Positions 50,587 to 60,979 of a stretch of 60,979 nt of DNA are shown one piece after another (position 1 is the stretch's first letter; each line of letters begins with the position of its first letter). The stretch covers positions 186,001 to 246,979 of the forward strand of contig NW_015160247.1 of assembly GCF_001447785.1 (NCBI RefSeq), in the 5' to 3' direction. Under the pieces are notes generated by a model that was given only the letters and a program-made list of their open reading frames with translations, was not told the origin of the DNA and ran no database searches. Made by a program: the position numbers and the translations under genes. The stretch is from Gekko japonicus (taxonomy: Eukaryota).

Positions 50587-51351
50587 ATCTGGGTCTATTT
50601 AAAGACTGTACTTTAAAGTTCTACTACCAGATAGTTATAATCCAAATCATTGCATAGTTTTAAAAAATTGGGGTACAGGTTCAGGCACAGAATAGCTTTG
50701 TTTTACAAAAGCAGAATGAAACGGTTGACCAACTGACCCTTTCCAACAGGCACCCCAAAAGAACTGGGGGGGGGGTTGGAATGGGTGGATATGGGGTGGT
50801 TCCACTAAAAATGGTTAACAGATTCCTAATATGCAACAGCACCAGACTGAGCTAGATATTTCATCTCTGCTGCTACTCAGTGGTGGGCTCAGGGTAACGG
50901 GACCTCAGAATCACTCTCCCCACACACCTAGCTGTTGTCACCGGGATCCAAGCAAGGGGTCCTCCTTGCCTTCATATGAGGCAGGTGGAAGCTACCCCCA
51001 GAAGTTGGCTGCCTGAGCCTTAGATGGGCCAGGACCCAGTAACCGCTGCTGCTGACCTGGATGGTCACGGGTAACAAGGCTGTGGGCAAGAAACCCCCCC
51101 CCCCAATGGAGCCAGGGTAACTTCCTCTGTTGCCCATTGGTTACAACTGCCCTCGCTACTACTATTTTGTGATCTGAACAATTCTTTTTACTCCCAGTCC
51201 CTCTGACTTTTCCCCCTGCAAAGCCTAGCAGAAACAAGCATTCTCCTTTACTAAGCTTTAAATGGATCCGTTTGTTAAAAGTGTTAAAAACACTGGATTT
51301 TTTTAAACAAGCAATTCAGTTCAGCATACTACAAATTCCAGTGTAACACAC

Positions 51352-51413
51352 CTTTCTTTGCTTTCAGTATCATCTTCATTCTTCAAATACATAGAGAAAT
51401 CAATCACACCAAC
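51352..51413 (-). CDS. RUFY2: RUFY2 exon 6 (VGVIDFSMYLKNEDDTESKE)
   Basis: ttctcag| ... AAAG|gtgtgt, 62 nt. Confidence 0.95.
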
Positions 51414-52071
51414 CTGAGAAGAAATAGGTTTATTCACACTTTGGAAAAGAAAGGAAGAAAGGGTATGATCTTCATTCTTTCGACAGTACTGGAAATTTAA
51501 TCAGTGGACTGCGAAATTCCACATTATGAATAACAACTGTGTTACTAATAATGTAANNNNNNNNNNNNNNNNNNNNNNNNNNNNNNNNNNNNNNNNNNNN
51601 NNNNNNNNNNNNNNNNNNNNNNNNNNNNNNNNNNNNNNNNNNNNNNNNNNNNNNNNNNNNNTTTTCTGAATCAGAGAACAAGCAAGTTATTTTTGAGATG
51701 TTCTTCATTTAATCACTTTAATCAAAGTCCAACATCACTTTTTTTTGCCATCAAGTCACAGCCGACTTATGGTGGCCCCGCAGGGTTTTCAAGGCAAGAG
51801 ATGTTCAGAGGTGGTTTGCCACTGCTTGCCTCTGTGTAACGACCCTGGTACTCCTTGGTGGTCTCCTTTCCAGATCTCCCTGAGCTGGAGCAAGCAACAA
51901 TACAGGGCTCTTTCTCATCTATTTTCAAAGTTGTTGCATTTTACTATTTTCCCAGCATTTACACCTTTCTAATTCACTGGTCTTCTTCTGACAGCAGAAA
52001 CTATTTTCCAAAACTGACTGGGGAAAGCATGCCAATCATGTAATTGTTTGGTGTGTCGCAGATATTACAAG

Positions 52072-52417
52072 TAGGGGTGTGCAAAAAAAATTTTTTTGGT
52101 CCAATTCGGATTCGGCTCAATTGGGCAGAATCAATTTCGGCCAGCAGAAAGACTCCCACATGTCGATTTCGGCAGTAGGAGCAGATTGGGGAGTCTTTCG
52201 GCCAGCCGAATGTCAATTTCGGCCCCATTATATCCTATGGGCCATTGAAGTCAATGGCAAAAACACAGGGTATATTCTGGGGGCTGGAGGGAAAGGGGTT
52301 TGAGGGAGAGGCTCCAAACTCGCAGGGTAGCTGCTGGAGCCTCTCCCCAAGATACCCACCAAGTTTCAAGAACATTGGACCCCCTTGTTCAATGTTCTTG
52401 AAACTTGGTGGGTATCT
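52072..52417. mobile_element. Truncated non-autonomous DNA transposon ending in a perfect 28-bp fold-back
   Basis: Begins taggggtgtgc with ttcgg subterminal repeats; 52350-52377 is inverted at 52390-52417. Confidence 0.6.
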
Positions 52418-53119
52418 GCATGCATAGCAACTAACACAGCTGTACCCGCTACAGCAAGGCACCCCCCCACACACACACACACAACCACCATCCTCTGTGC
52501 CATGAAGACCAAATACTGAGCACTCCTTTTATTCTCGGAGAACGCATACAGGATAATCTTCCAAACAGCGTGCCTCTGCATGGTTTCATGAATAAGCCAC
52601 ATGTTTCCTGAGCAAGGAATTTACTCATGTGCCCTCCCAACCAATGTCATCTGTAGAAGCAAAAATGTTACGAATCAGCAGTTCTTACATGTTTTCATTG
52701 TGTTCCAAGGAAATGAGTCTATTTTGTTCAGGGAAGAGCAATCCTTTTATAGACTGAACTGAGCCAAGAAGTTATGCTTGTATGTTAAAGAAGCCCATTA
52801 AAGCTTTTAATGTTCCCACCTGCCACCCTAGCCAAAGGTTGCCAACTCCAGGCTGGGAAATTTCTGGAGATTCAAGGCGGACCTTGGGGAGGGGGTATAA
52901 TGCCACAGCAGCATCCAAAGCAGCCATTTTCTCCAGGGGAACTGATCTCTGTACTCTGGACATCAGTTGCAATACCTTCCCAGGAGATCTCCAGGCCCCA
53001 CCTGGAGGCTGGCAACCTTACCTGAGCATCATGCTCAAGCAACAACATATTCCATATCTCCAAAATGAAGTGGAAAATCTTACTGCAAGATCCTCACTGA
53101 TAACTTTGTATTCACTCAC

Positions 53120-53243
53120 TTGTGAGTCCAAGTCTTCTCCTTTCACACACAGGTTGGCATCTATTACATTCAAGCCAACGAGCAAGCCAACGATGACGAC
53201 GCCTTCCTCTTCCATCATCAGGGCGTGATATTCATAAAATTCA
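53120..53243 (-). CDS. RUFY2: RUFY2 exon 5, RUN domain ([41 protein letters not shown])
   Basis: tgacag| ... CAA|gtgagt, 124 nt. Confidence 0.96.
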
Positions 53244-54326
53244 CTGTCAAAAATACACTGCTTCTTAAAAACTAGTTTTACAGCAGGACACACATTTTAA
53301 TACACTTTAGAACAGGGTTTTTTTTAAAAGAAAGAAATGCCTCTCAATCAATCCTCTAATTGATTTCACTACTGATATCCAAAGTGATTCTAAAAACCAG
53401 GCAAATCACAATGGATTTTAGAATAGGGCTGCTTCATAGAAGCTGAAACTACTCCCATGGAATACAAATAGAGTTAGTTTTTCTTCAAACAAAAAAGGGC
53501 GCAAACCAACCAACAAAATTAAGAATTCCTAAGACTCCTTTATATCAATAGAGTTATAGTGCAGTCCGAAGTGGAGTTACACCGATTCTAAGCATATTTA
53601 CTTCAAAGTACTTAGAAGGGTATAACTGCTTAGAATGGCACACTTAAACATATAAGATGTTTACATTTGTCTGGAATCAACCAAAGTTTTTAACTCACAT
53701 GGCTACAGAGAACGGTCAGAAGACGTTTGGGCCTAATGTTTAAAAATATCGAAATGGGGTAGGGGAGGGGGAGCGGCTATTCAGGAGATAGCGCTTAACT
53801 CAAACACAAATCCCATTCGCACACAGTCTGTACACGTCTGCACCCCACTCTTCAGCAGACACACGCCCCCCCCATCCATAAGAGAACACAGAAACAAAAG
53901 TTCTGAGTTCTGCAAAAAGCTATACAATTTTGCATTCTGTAAGCGATTCAGTGCTACTTTTGTTTATGCTGGGGGCTTGGAGCATTTTCAATAACTCAGT
54001 TTAAGTAACAAAAGCAAGTGTTACTGAATCCTGAATTACTGTCCATCACTAACTATACTGAAATACAACACAAGTATGTAACTCAGTTTAAGTAACAAAA
54101 GCAAGTGACACATTCAGATCTGCTGTGGTATAAAGCAACTTAAATTGTAAGACTTTTGTATCAGCGGAAACTTCTCTCTCTCTCTCTCTTTCTCTCTCAC
54201 CTTCAAATGAATCCTGAATTACTGTCCATTACTAACTATACTGAAATACAACACAAGTATACTATTATGGCAGCAGATACGGAAATGACCTTAATTTTCC
54301 TCACAGGCTTCTAGACTGGCCCTCAC

Positions 54327-54428
54327 CTGAGAAGGTCTCTCCGAATGATGAGACATCGTAGATAGTCCGCCATCTTTTTTTGCATCAGTGCCAATCGTAA
54401 CCAAGCCCGAGCACGTCCCAATGGAGTC
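54327..54428 (-). CDS. RUFY2: RUFY2 exon 4, RUN domain ([33 protein letters not shown])
   Basis: RUN motif [11 protein letters not shown]; 102 nt; canonical sites. Confidence 0.96.
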
Positions 54429-55567
54429 CTGATAAAGGAAAGGAATAGCTCAGAAAATAGCCAAACATGAACTAGACATCAGGTCGATCCCACATTCTCC
54501 TGTAAACAGATGAGAGAATAATTTCTGCAGCTCCCCCTTCCCACCTGAAAACCCCCAGTGTCACATCCCATACCATTCTTAAGGGTCCCTATCCTCCAAA
54601 GTGGCTTCTCAAGGTGTGGAAGAGGCTGTAAGAAGAAGGGCAAGATAGAAAAGCAGGGAAGCGCAAGGGGAAACTCCTCTTGAAACTCCTTAAATCAAAC
54701 CCATAGTCTTGATGGCAGTCAACAGCTTTCTGGTAAGGAAATTTGAAGCCCTCACCCAAAAAACCTCTTTGTATTATCTATTTATTATCTATTTATTATT
54801 TTCAATTTGTATCCCACCTTGCCAGAGAACCGGCAAGGCTACACAAGACAATAAAATCCCAATCATAACAGATCTTTTCTAACAAAAAAGATACCATGTT
54901 GCACCATTGTTTTTTCTGAGGCAACTATTTAAAAGTAAGACTCCAACTGTTTAGATTCAGGTTTCGGAACAGTTTTCAAGATATTAAATTATTCTGCCAC
55001 CAGAAGGGGGAAGCAGCCAAAGACTCTTTCCAGAACAAGCTCCATTCAAGCAAGAGTGAGGGTAGGATAATTGCAGCCGATATCCACTCCAACCCGCATG
55101 CCATTACTGTTCCAGAGGGCTCTCAGCTATCATCAGTGGCTTTTCACGAGCTGTGAGAAAGTAAAATTGCTTGTGTGAACTTGCTCTGTTTGCTTTGCCA
55201 TCACACTGTAATTCACTGGGAAATACTGGGTAGTGAAATCAGGAGAGGAGGAGTTAAAAAATCAGGAGACATATCTGGTATCATGGCTTGATTCTGATAG
55301 TGCTATTGAAATACTGGTTAAACTCTGGTTAAATTCAATAAAGTATTATTAGCAAAAAAAATTAATCTGATACATGCAACCGCTTAATACTTAAGCAGAT
55401 TTTTAAAAATGAAGTTTTCTGATGTTTGATATTTAACTTATAATATATGGATCCCTATCCCAGTAGGTCTCATAATGCAAGCAAGAAAAGCAAAGGTGCA
55501 GGGAGCAGGCAAGGCACAAATACTGTTCAATGGGTATAAAGAGATCTTTGTTAGCGACACAACTTAC

Positions 55568-55685
55568 TTGAGTCCAGGTAAGTCTCGCACACTGGCAGCG
55601 ATCTCCTCAGCTTCTGGGTACAGTTTCTCGACAAGCTCCAAAGGGCCCCAGATCGTTTTATTGTAACTTAGAAAAGATTTTCTTA
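55568..55685 (-). CDS. RUFY2: RUFY2 exon 3, RUN domain ([38 protein letters not shown])
   Basis: tttctag| ... AA|gtaagt, 118 nt. Confidence 0.96.
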
Positions 55686-56011
55686 CTAGAAACATAAATA
55701 GTATGACTTTTCATATACTGTTTTACTCTCTCAGAACCATTAATACAGCAGCTACACAGTTAACTAGGTGGGTTAAAAGCTATTTAACATCAGTGAAAGG
55801 GGCAATCCTAAAGAGATCTGCACCCTTCTAAATCCATCACTTCAATTGACTTAGAAGGGTGAAAGTCTGCTTAGGAATGAACTGGAAATGTCACCGTATT
55901 TAACGCCTTGTCAATATAAGCATATTCAGCAGCAAATGTGAAAGACCTCTACTTGAGACCCTGTAGGGCAGCTGCCAGCCTGAGCAGACAACACTGACCT
56001 TGATAGACTAA

Positions 56012-56152
56012 GGCTGCGGTCACACACACTAAATAATCCACTTTCAGTGCACTTTCCAACTGGATTTTTACTGTGTGAACGGGCAAAATCCAGCTGGAAA
56101 GTGCACTGGAAGGGGATTGAAAGTGGATTATTTAGTGTGTGTGACCGCAGCC
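56012..56152. mobile_element. PIF/Harbinger (Tourist-like) MITE nested in a SINE fragment
   Basis: ~35-bp TIR ggctgcggtcacacacactaaataatccactttca; 3-bp TSD TAA at 56009-56011 and 56153-56155. Confidence 0.85.
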
Positions 56153-56210
56153 TAAGGGTCCCACCTGGTATAAAGTAGCATCATGTGTTCATGTCATAAG
56201 AAGGCAAAAG

Positions 56211-57427
56211 AAAGATAAATCACGGCTGGTCAGGATCCCGCTTATTCCAAGTACGTCAAAAGAAAAGAGAAACAGCAAGGACACATGAGCCAACAGCTAT
56301 ATTTAGACATCACAAACTAACCATGATTTAGATGAAGATGGGTAGCCATGTTAGTCCGTCTGTAGCAGTAGAAAAGAGCAAGAGTCCAGTAGCACCTTAA
56401 AGACTGACAACATTTCTTCAAATCTGTATAGCTGTATCTTCTTCAGATACAGCTATACAGCTAGAATCTGCATCTGAAGCTGTATCTGATGAAGTGAGCA
56501 GTAACTCACAAAAGCTCATACCCTGCCACAAATTTTGTTAGTCTTTAAGGTGCTACTGGACTCTTGCTCTAACCATGATTTGTTTGTGATGTGAATGAGA
56601 CTGAAGTTCTTGCATTTGCTTCCACTGCCCCAGGCCCCAGGCACATCCTGCCAGGACTGATAACTTTTATCTAACCACAGTTTGTTGGTTGCTGTAGATT
56701 TTCCGGTTTGTGTGGCCGTGGTCTTGGCATTGTAGAACATGACATTTCACCCGTAGCTGTGACTGGCATCCTCAGCTGTATAACACAGAAAGATGGAGTA
56801 CTCTCTGTGTCAAGGATGTCAACCTTGACACAGAGAGTACTCCATCTTTCTGTGTTATACAGCTGAGGATGCCAGTCACAGCTACTGGTGAAATGTCAGG
56901 TTCTACAGTGCCAAGACCACGGCCACACAAACCGGAAATTCTACAGCAACCAACAAACTGTGGTTAGATAAAAGTTATCAGTCCTGGCAGGATGTGCCTG
57001 GGGCCTGGGACAGTGGAAGCAAATGCAAGAACTTCAGTCTCATTCACATCACAAACAAATCATGGTTAGAGCAAGAGTCCAGTAGCACCTTAAAGACTAA
57101 CAAAATTTGTGGCAGGGTATGAGCTTTTGTGAGTTACTGCTCACTTCATCAGATACAGCTTCAGATGCAGATTCTAGCTGTATAGCTGTATCTGAAGAAG
57201 ATACAGCTATACAGATCTGAAGAAATGTTGTCAGTCTTTAAGGCGCTGCTGGACTCTTGCTCTTTTCTACTGCTACAGACGGACTAACATGGCTACCCAA
57301 CTTGATCTAAATCATGGTTAGTTTGTGATGTCTAAATATAGCTGTTGGCTCATGTGTCCTTGCTGTTTCTCTTTTCTTTTGACGCACTTGGAATAAGCGG
57401 GATCCTGACCAGCTGTGATTTATCTTT
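56211..57427. repeat. 1,217-bp palindrome: 605-bp arms, 7-nt spacer (56816-56822)
   Basis: Manual arm-to-arm comparison gives 12 substitutions and no indels; contains Penelope-like termini. Confidence 0.97.
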
Positions 57428-57430
57428 ATT

Positions 57431-57483
57431 TTTAGCCATATTCAATAAATTTGCTCGTTCCACTGCTGTGGGGTCTTTCACAG
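57431..57483 (-). pseudogene. RUFY2: 5' fragment of RUFY2 exon 2 (VKDPTAVERANLLNMAK), truncated by the palindrome
   Basis: Poly-T acceptor at 57484-57496; homology stops after MAK; expected [11 protein letters not shown]...HGLK and the donor are not found. Confidence 0.9.
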
Positions 57484-57562
57484 CTAAAAAAAAAAAGAGA
57501 CGTAATTAAATAGTACTGAAAAATCAATTCCATGAAAAACAATGACAGCACCGTGCTGTCAC

Positions 57563-57922
57563 AGTTATAACCAGCATTAAAGGGAAACCATTGCTGGTCC
57601 AGACCAAAAAGAAACTCATTGAGAATGCTTCTGTAGTTCAGGCCAGAATCAGAACTGAATGAGTACATAGAGCTCAAATTTTACGGTCCTCTAACCTCAA
57701 ATTTGAATCAACCTGGTTCCCGATATTTTCATTTCTTGCTTCACGGGGCATATTGCCAATAAATACCTGTTACCAAAAATGGGTTCTGATGTAACATACT
57801 AAGAGTCGAAATTTAAAGGATAGTTATAACCAGCATTAAAGAGAAACCATTGCTGGTCCTGACCAGAAAGAAACTCATTGAGAACGCTTCTGTAGTTCAG
57901 GCCAGAATCAGAACTGAATGAG
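57563..57922. repeat. ~100-bp direct repeat (57563-57663 and 57822-57922)
   Basis: agttataaccagcattaaag...cagaatcagaactgaatgag twice, about 4 mismatches. Confidence 0.9.
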
Positions 57923-58534
57923 GAGTCCCAGAACAAAACAGACTTGGAGAAGGGTAAAGAACAAAGGAATAATAAAACAATATGGCCTTTAGTAACTACA
58001 AATAATATTGTAATTATTTAGTAATTATTTAGTAATTACAAATAATATTGTAATTATTTAGTAATTACAAATAATAATATCAATAGATATATGTCCGATT
58101 CCATAGGCAAGAAGTGTCTGAGAATTGCAAGAACATCTAACTAAAAACAGAAGTGAAGTTATACTTCAGAGACTCACGTACTGGTTGGAGTCCAAGACAC
58201 AGTCTTATGTATGAGAAACTTGTAATTCCTATTTTTATATTCTTTGTCATGATGAAGAGGAGCAAGAATGAATTAACAAAGATTTTGTATATTTTAAGAA
58301 AATACATGAATCTAGATAACTATGTATGGCATTTGAAGTTGTAAGATAATTAATTAGCTAAGAATGTGAGTGCCATCAGTCTGGGCAACTAGCTATTGCT
58401 GGAAGATGATTTTGAAAACCTACAAATATAGGAAACTGAACTGATCTGGAATATCTTATCCAAAGATGCTCTTAGCCTGTAACAGCTTACTTTGGGCAAT
58501 AAATCATTAATGGGGTCAAATAATTGCTCTCCTT

Positions 58535-59575
58535 TACAGTTAAACTTTATTGGCATAAAAATACCTTAAAAGAGGATTACTATAAAAATATACATTTAAA
58601 ACCATATAGAGCCTAGCATTTTGTCGACTGCATAATATTGCATAGTGTTGCATAAAACAATTACTCATTGGTAGTTTCCTTGACGTGGCTTTATTGCTGA
58701 TTGCAAAAACATGGCTACGTTCATGGATATTTCCAGAACAGAATCTTTTAGGAGACAGTACACTTTTAAAGCATCAGGAAGGTTCGTCATATTGGCTAAG
58801 ATAGGATTTAAATATCTAAAACGTAAATGCACATAAAATTGACAATGCAGACAAATATGTGAAACAGTTTCAATGCATCCAAAGTTGCAATGGCAAAGTC
58901 TATCTGCATATACTATGTTATTATATCTCCCCTGCAAGATTTTTGACAGTATTACAATTGAATCTTGCTAGAGAAAAGGCTCTACGCTGTTGCGGTGCTT
59001 GTATACCGGATAGATATGGGGCCAATCAGCCTACCGTGAGGGGTATCTCAAAGTTCAGGGGGAAACAAGATTTGTTAGCTAAACTGTAAAGACTTTGTGT
59101 TTCAATATCAAGGGCTCTGCATTTAATCATCTGAAAAGTGCCCATAAAGGGGAGCTTAAACAGAGAGTCCAATGCAGTTATTTTATTCTCAATGTATGAT
59201 AGCCAGTTAGACATGTTTGACTCTGGAAGCATTTGTTGTTTAAGGGTCCCTTGGTCTACACTGTAATGTAGACGCAGCCAATATTGTACTGTCGTAAGCC
59301 ATGCACCAGATTCCACAAAATTTAACCCGGTTTCTAAACATAGAGCTGCATAAGCTACACAGTGGGGCATTCCCATAATCTTTCAGAGAAATTTAGATTG
59401 AACACGTTCAATGGTGCCATTAAGTGCGCTTATCCATATTGGAATAACAATACATGAGTTGGGGAATTACTTTGGCCTTGAAGACTTTTAATGCAGCTGT
59501 TATGAATTGACTGCCTCCGGTGTAGAAAAATCGGGAAATGACGGAAGCATTGATGTTAGCCTTATTTATTGCTGA
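58535..59575 (-). mobile_element. Non-LTR retrotransposon ORF2 C-terminal fragment (RTE-X-like)
   Basis: YAALCLETGL...YWLRL, then a C-terminal zinc-knuckle-like RLCHCNFGCIETVSHICLHC; frameshifted. Confidence 0.65.
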
Positions 59576-60063
59576 GTTACATCGCACAGACTTTGAAATG
59601 AGTGAAGGATATTATCATATCCTTTTAAGTGAATCTATGGTGAAAGTGTAAATTTTTTACGTTTTAAAATATAGATAAAATTGAGACAAGATTTCCTAGG
59701 AATTACTACTGTACTATATCTAAAATTAATTTAAAATGCTGTTAAGGTCTACTTCTTACCAGGAGAAGAATGATCTGACAAGAAAGCCTAGGGCTTCTTA
59801 AGTGCACCACTACATCTGATTAAGGCCTTACCAGAGCCTTCCAGAACAATGAAGTGTATCTGTGCAGTCCCTTTACCTTCCAGGAATAGAAAGTACTTGT
59901 ATACCTGCAGCACTGGCAGGTGTTCTGCTCTACATTAGTACTAAAAGCATTGTAGTGCTAGACCATCTACTACTGGCCAGTGTTTTCCCAGGTGGACATA
60001 CGCTTGGAAATCTCCCCATGACTGCCCAGACCAAAAGAACATAACATAAGAACATAAAAGACA

Positions 60064-60150
60064 TGTTGTTGTTGTTGTTCAGTCGCACAGTCGAGTCTGA
60101 CTCTTCGCGACCCCATGGACCAGATCACGCCAGGCCTTCCTGTCTTCCGC
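60064..60150 (-). mobile_element. BovB 3' fragment
   Basis: (tgt)n-tcagtcgcacagtcgagtctgactcttcgcgaccccatggac is the reverse complement of the BovB tail. Confidence 0.8.
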
Positions 60151-60154
60151 CCTA

Positions 60155-60979
60155 TCTATATCTTGTGGCTAATAGCCACTGATGGACCTCTGCTCCATAT
60201 GCTTATCTAATTCCCTCTTGAAGCCGTCCATGCTTCCTGTGGCAGTGAATTCCATGTATTAATCACTCTTTGGGTGAAGAAGTACTTCCTTTTATCTGTT
60301 CTAACCCAACCGCTCAGCAATTTCATTGAGTGCCCACGAGTTCTTATATCGTGAGAAAGGGAGAAAAGTACCTCTTTCCNNNNNNNNNNNNNNNNNNNNN
60401 NNNNNNNNNNNNNNNNNNNNNNNNNNNNNNNNNNNNNNNNNNNNNNNNNNNNNNNNNNNNNNNNNNNNNNNNNNNNNNNNNNNNNNNNNNNNNNNNNNNN
60501 NNNNNNNNNNNNNNNNNNNNNNNNNNNNNNNNNNNNNNNNNNNNNNNNNNNNNNNNNNNNNNNNNNNNNNNNNNNNNNNNNNNNNNNNNNNNNNNNNNNN
60601 NNNNNNNNNNNNNNNNNNNNNNNNNNNNNNNNNNNNNNNNNNNNNNNNNNNNNNNNNNNNNNNNNNNNNNNNNNNNNNNNNNNNNNNNNNNNNNNNNNNN
60701 NNNNNNNNNNNNNNNNNNNNNNNNNNNNNNNNNNNNNNNNNNNNNNNNNNNNNNNNNNNNNNNNNNNNNNNNNNNNNNNNNNNNNNNNNNNNNNNNNNNN
60801 NNNNNNNNNNNNNNNNNNNNNNNNNNNNNNNNNNNNNNNNNNTGTTGACGCCCACTTGCCCATCCTTGACAGATCCCTTTGGAGTGCCTCACAATCCTCA
60901 CTGGTTTTCACCACCCTGAACAACTTTGTATCATCCACAAATTTAGCCACTTCACTGCTTACTCCCAACTCCAAATCAT
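60155..60979 (-). mobile_element. CR1 LINE ORF2 fragment interrupted by an N gap (60380-60842)
   Basis: SEVAKFVDDTKLFRVVK (RT) and TRGHSMKL...RKYFFTQRVINTWNSLP. Confidence 0.92.

Overview
This is vertebrate genomic DNA. The Sauria SINE, 5S-derived SINE, BovB, CR1 and Penelope-like repeats point to a squamate reptile, probably a gecko (inference). The window holds the conserved (PBLD)-HNRNPH3-RUFY2 block. A CpG-island promoter lies at ~1.0-1.9 kb. HNRNPH3 is on + (coding exons 9195-15567; exon 3 falls in an N gap). RUFY2 is convergent on - (exons 2-18, 57483-21477; exon 1 is outside the window). The main surprise is that both conserved genes look broken. HNRNPH3 exon 4 has two in-frame TGA codons where Arg/Lys is expected. 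RUFY2 exon 2 is cut after ...NLLNMAK by a 1.2-kb palindrome (605-bp arms, 12 mismatches). The RUFY2 exon equivalent to human exon 14 cannot be found in gap-free sequence. This fits a young degenerating duplicate or sex-limited (Y/W) haplotype, but local mis-assembly is an equally serious explanation and only reads can decide. Also present: Penelope-like termini carrying minimal hammerhead-ribozyme motifs, G-tract clusters around HNRNPH3 exon 3, alternative terminal exons in RUFY2 intron 12, solo LTRs, MITEs and many small duplications or fold-backs. Comparisons to human proteins are from memory; no database search was run.
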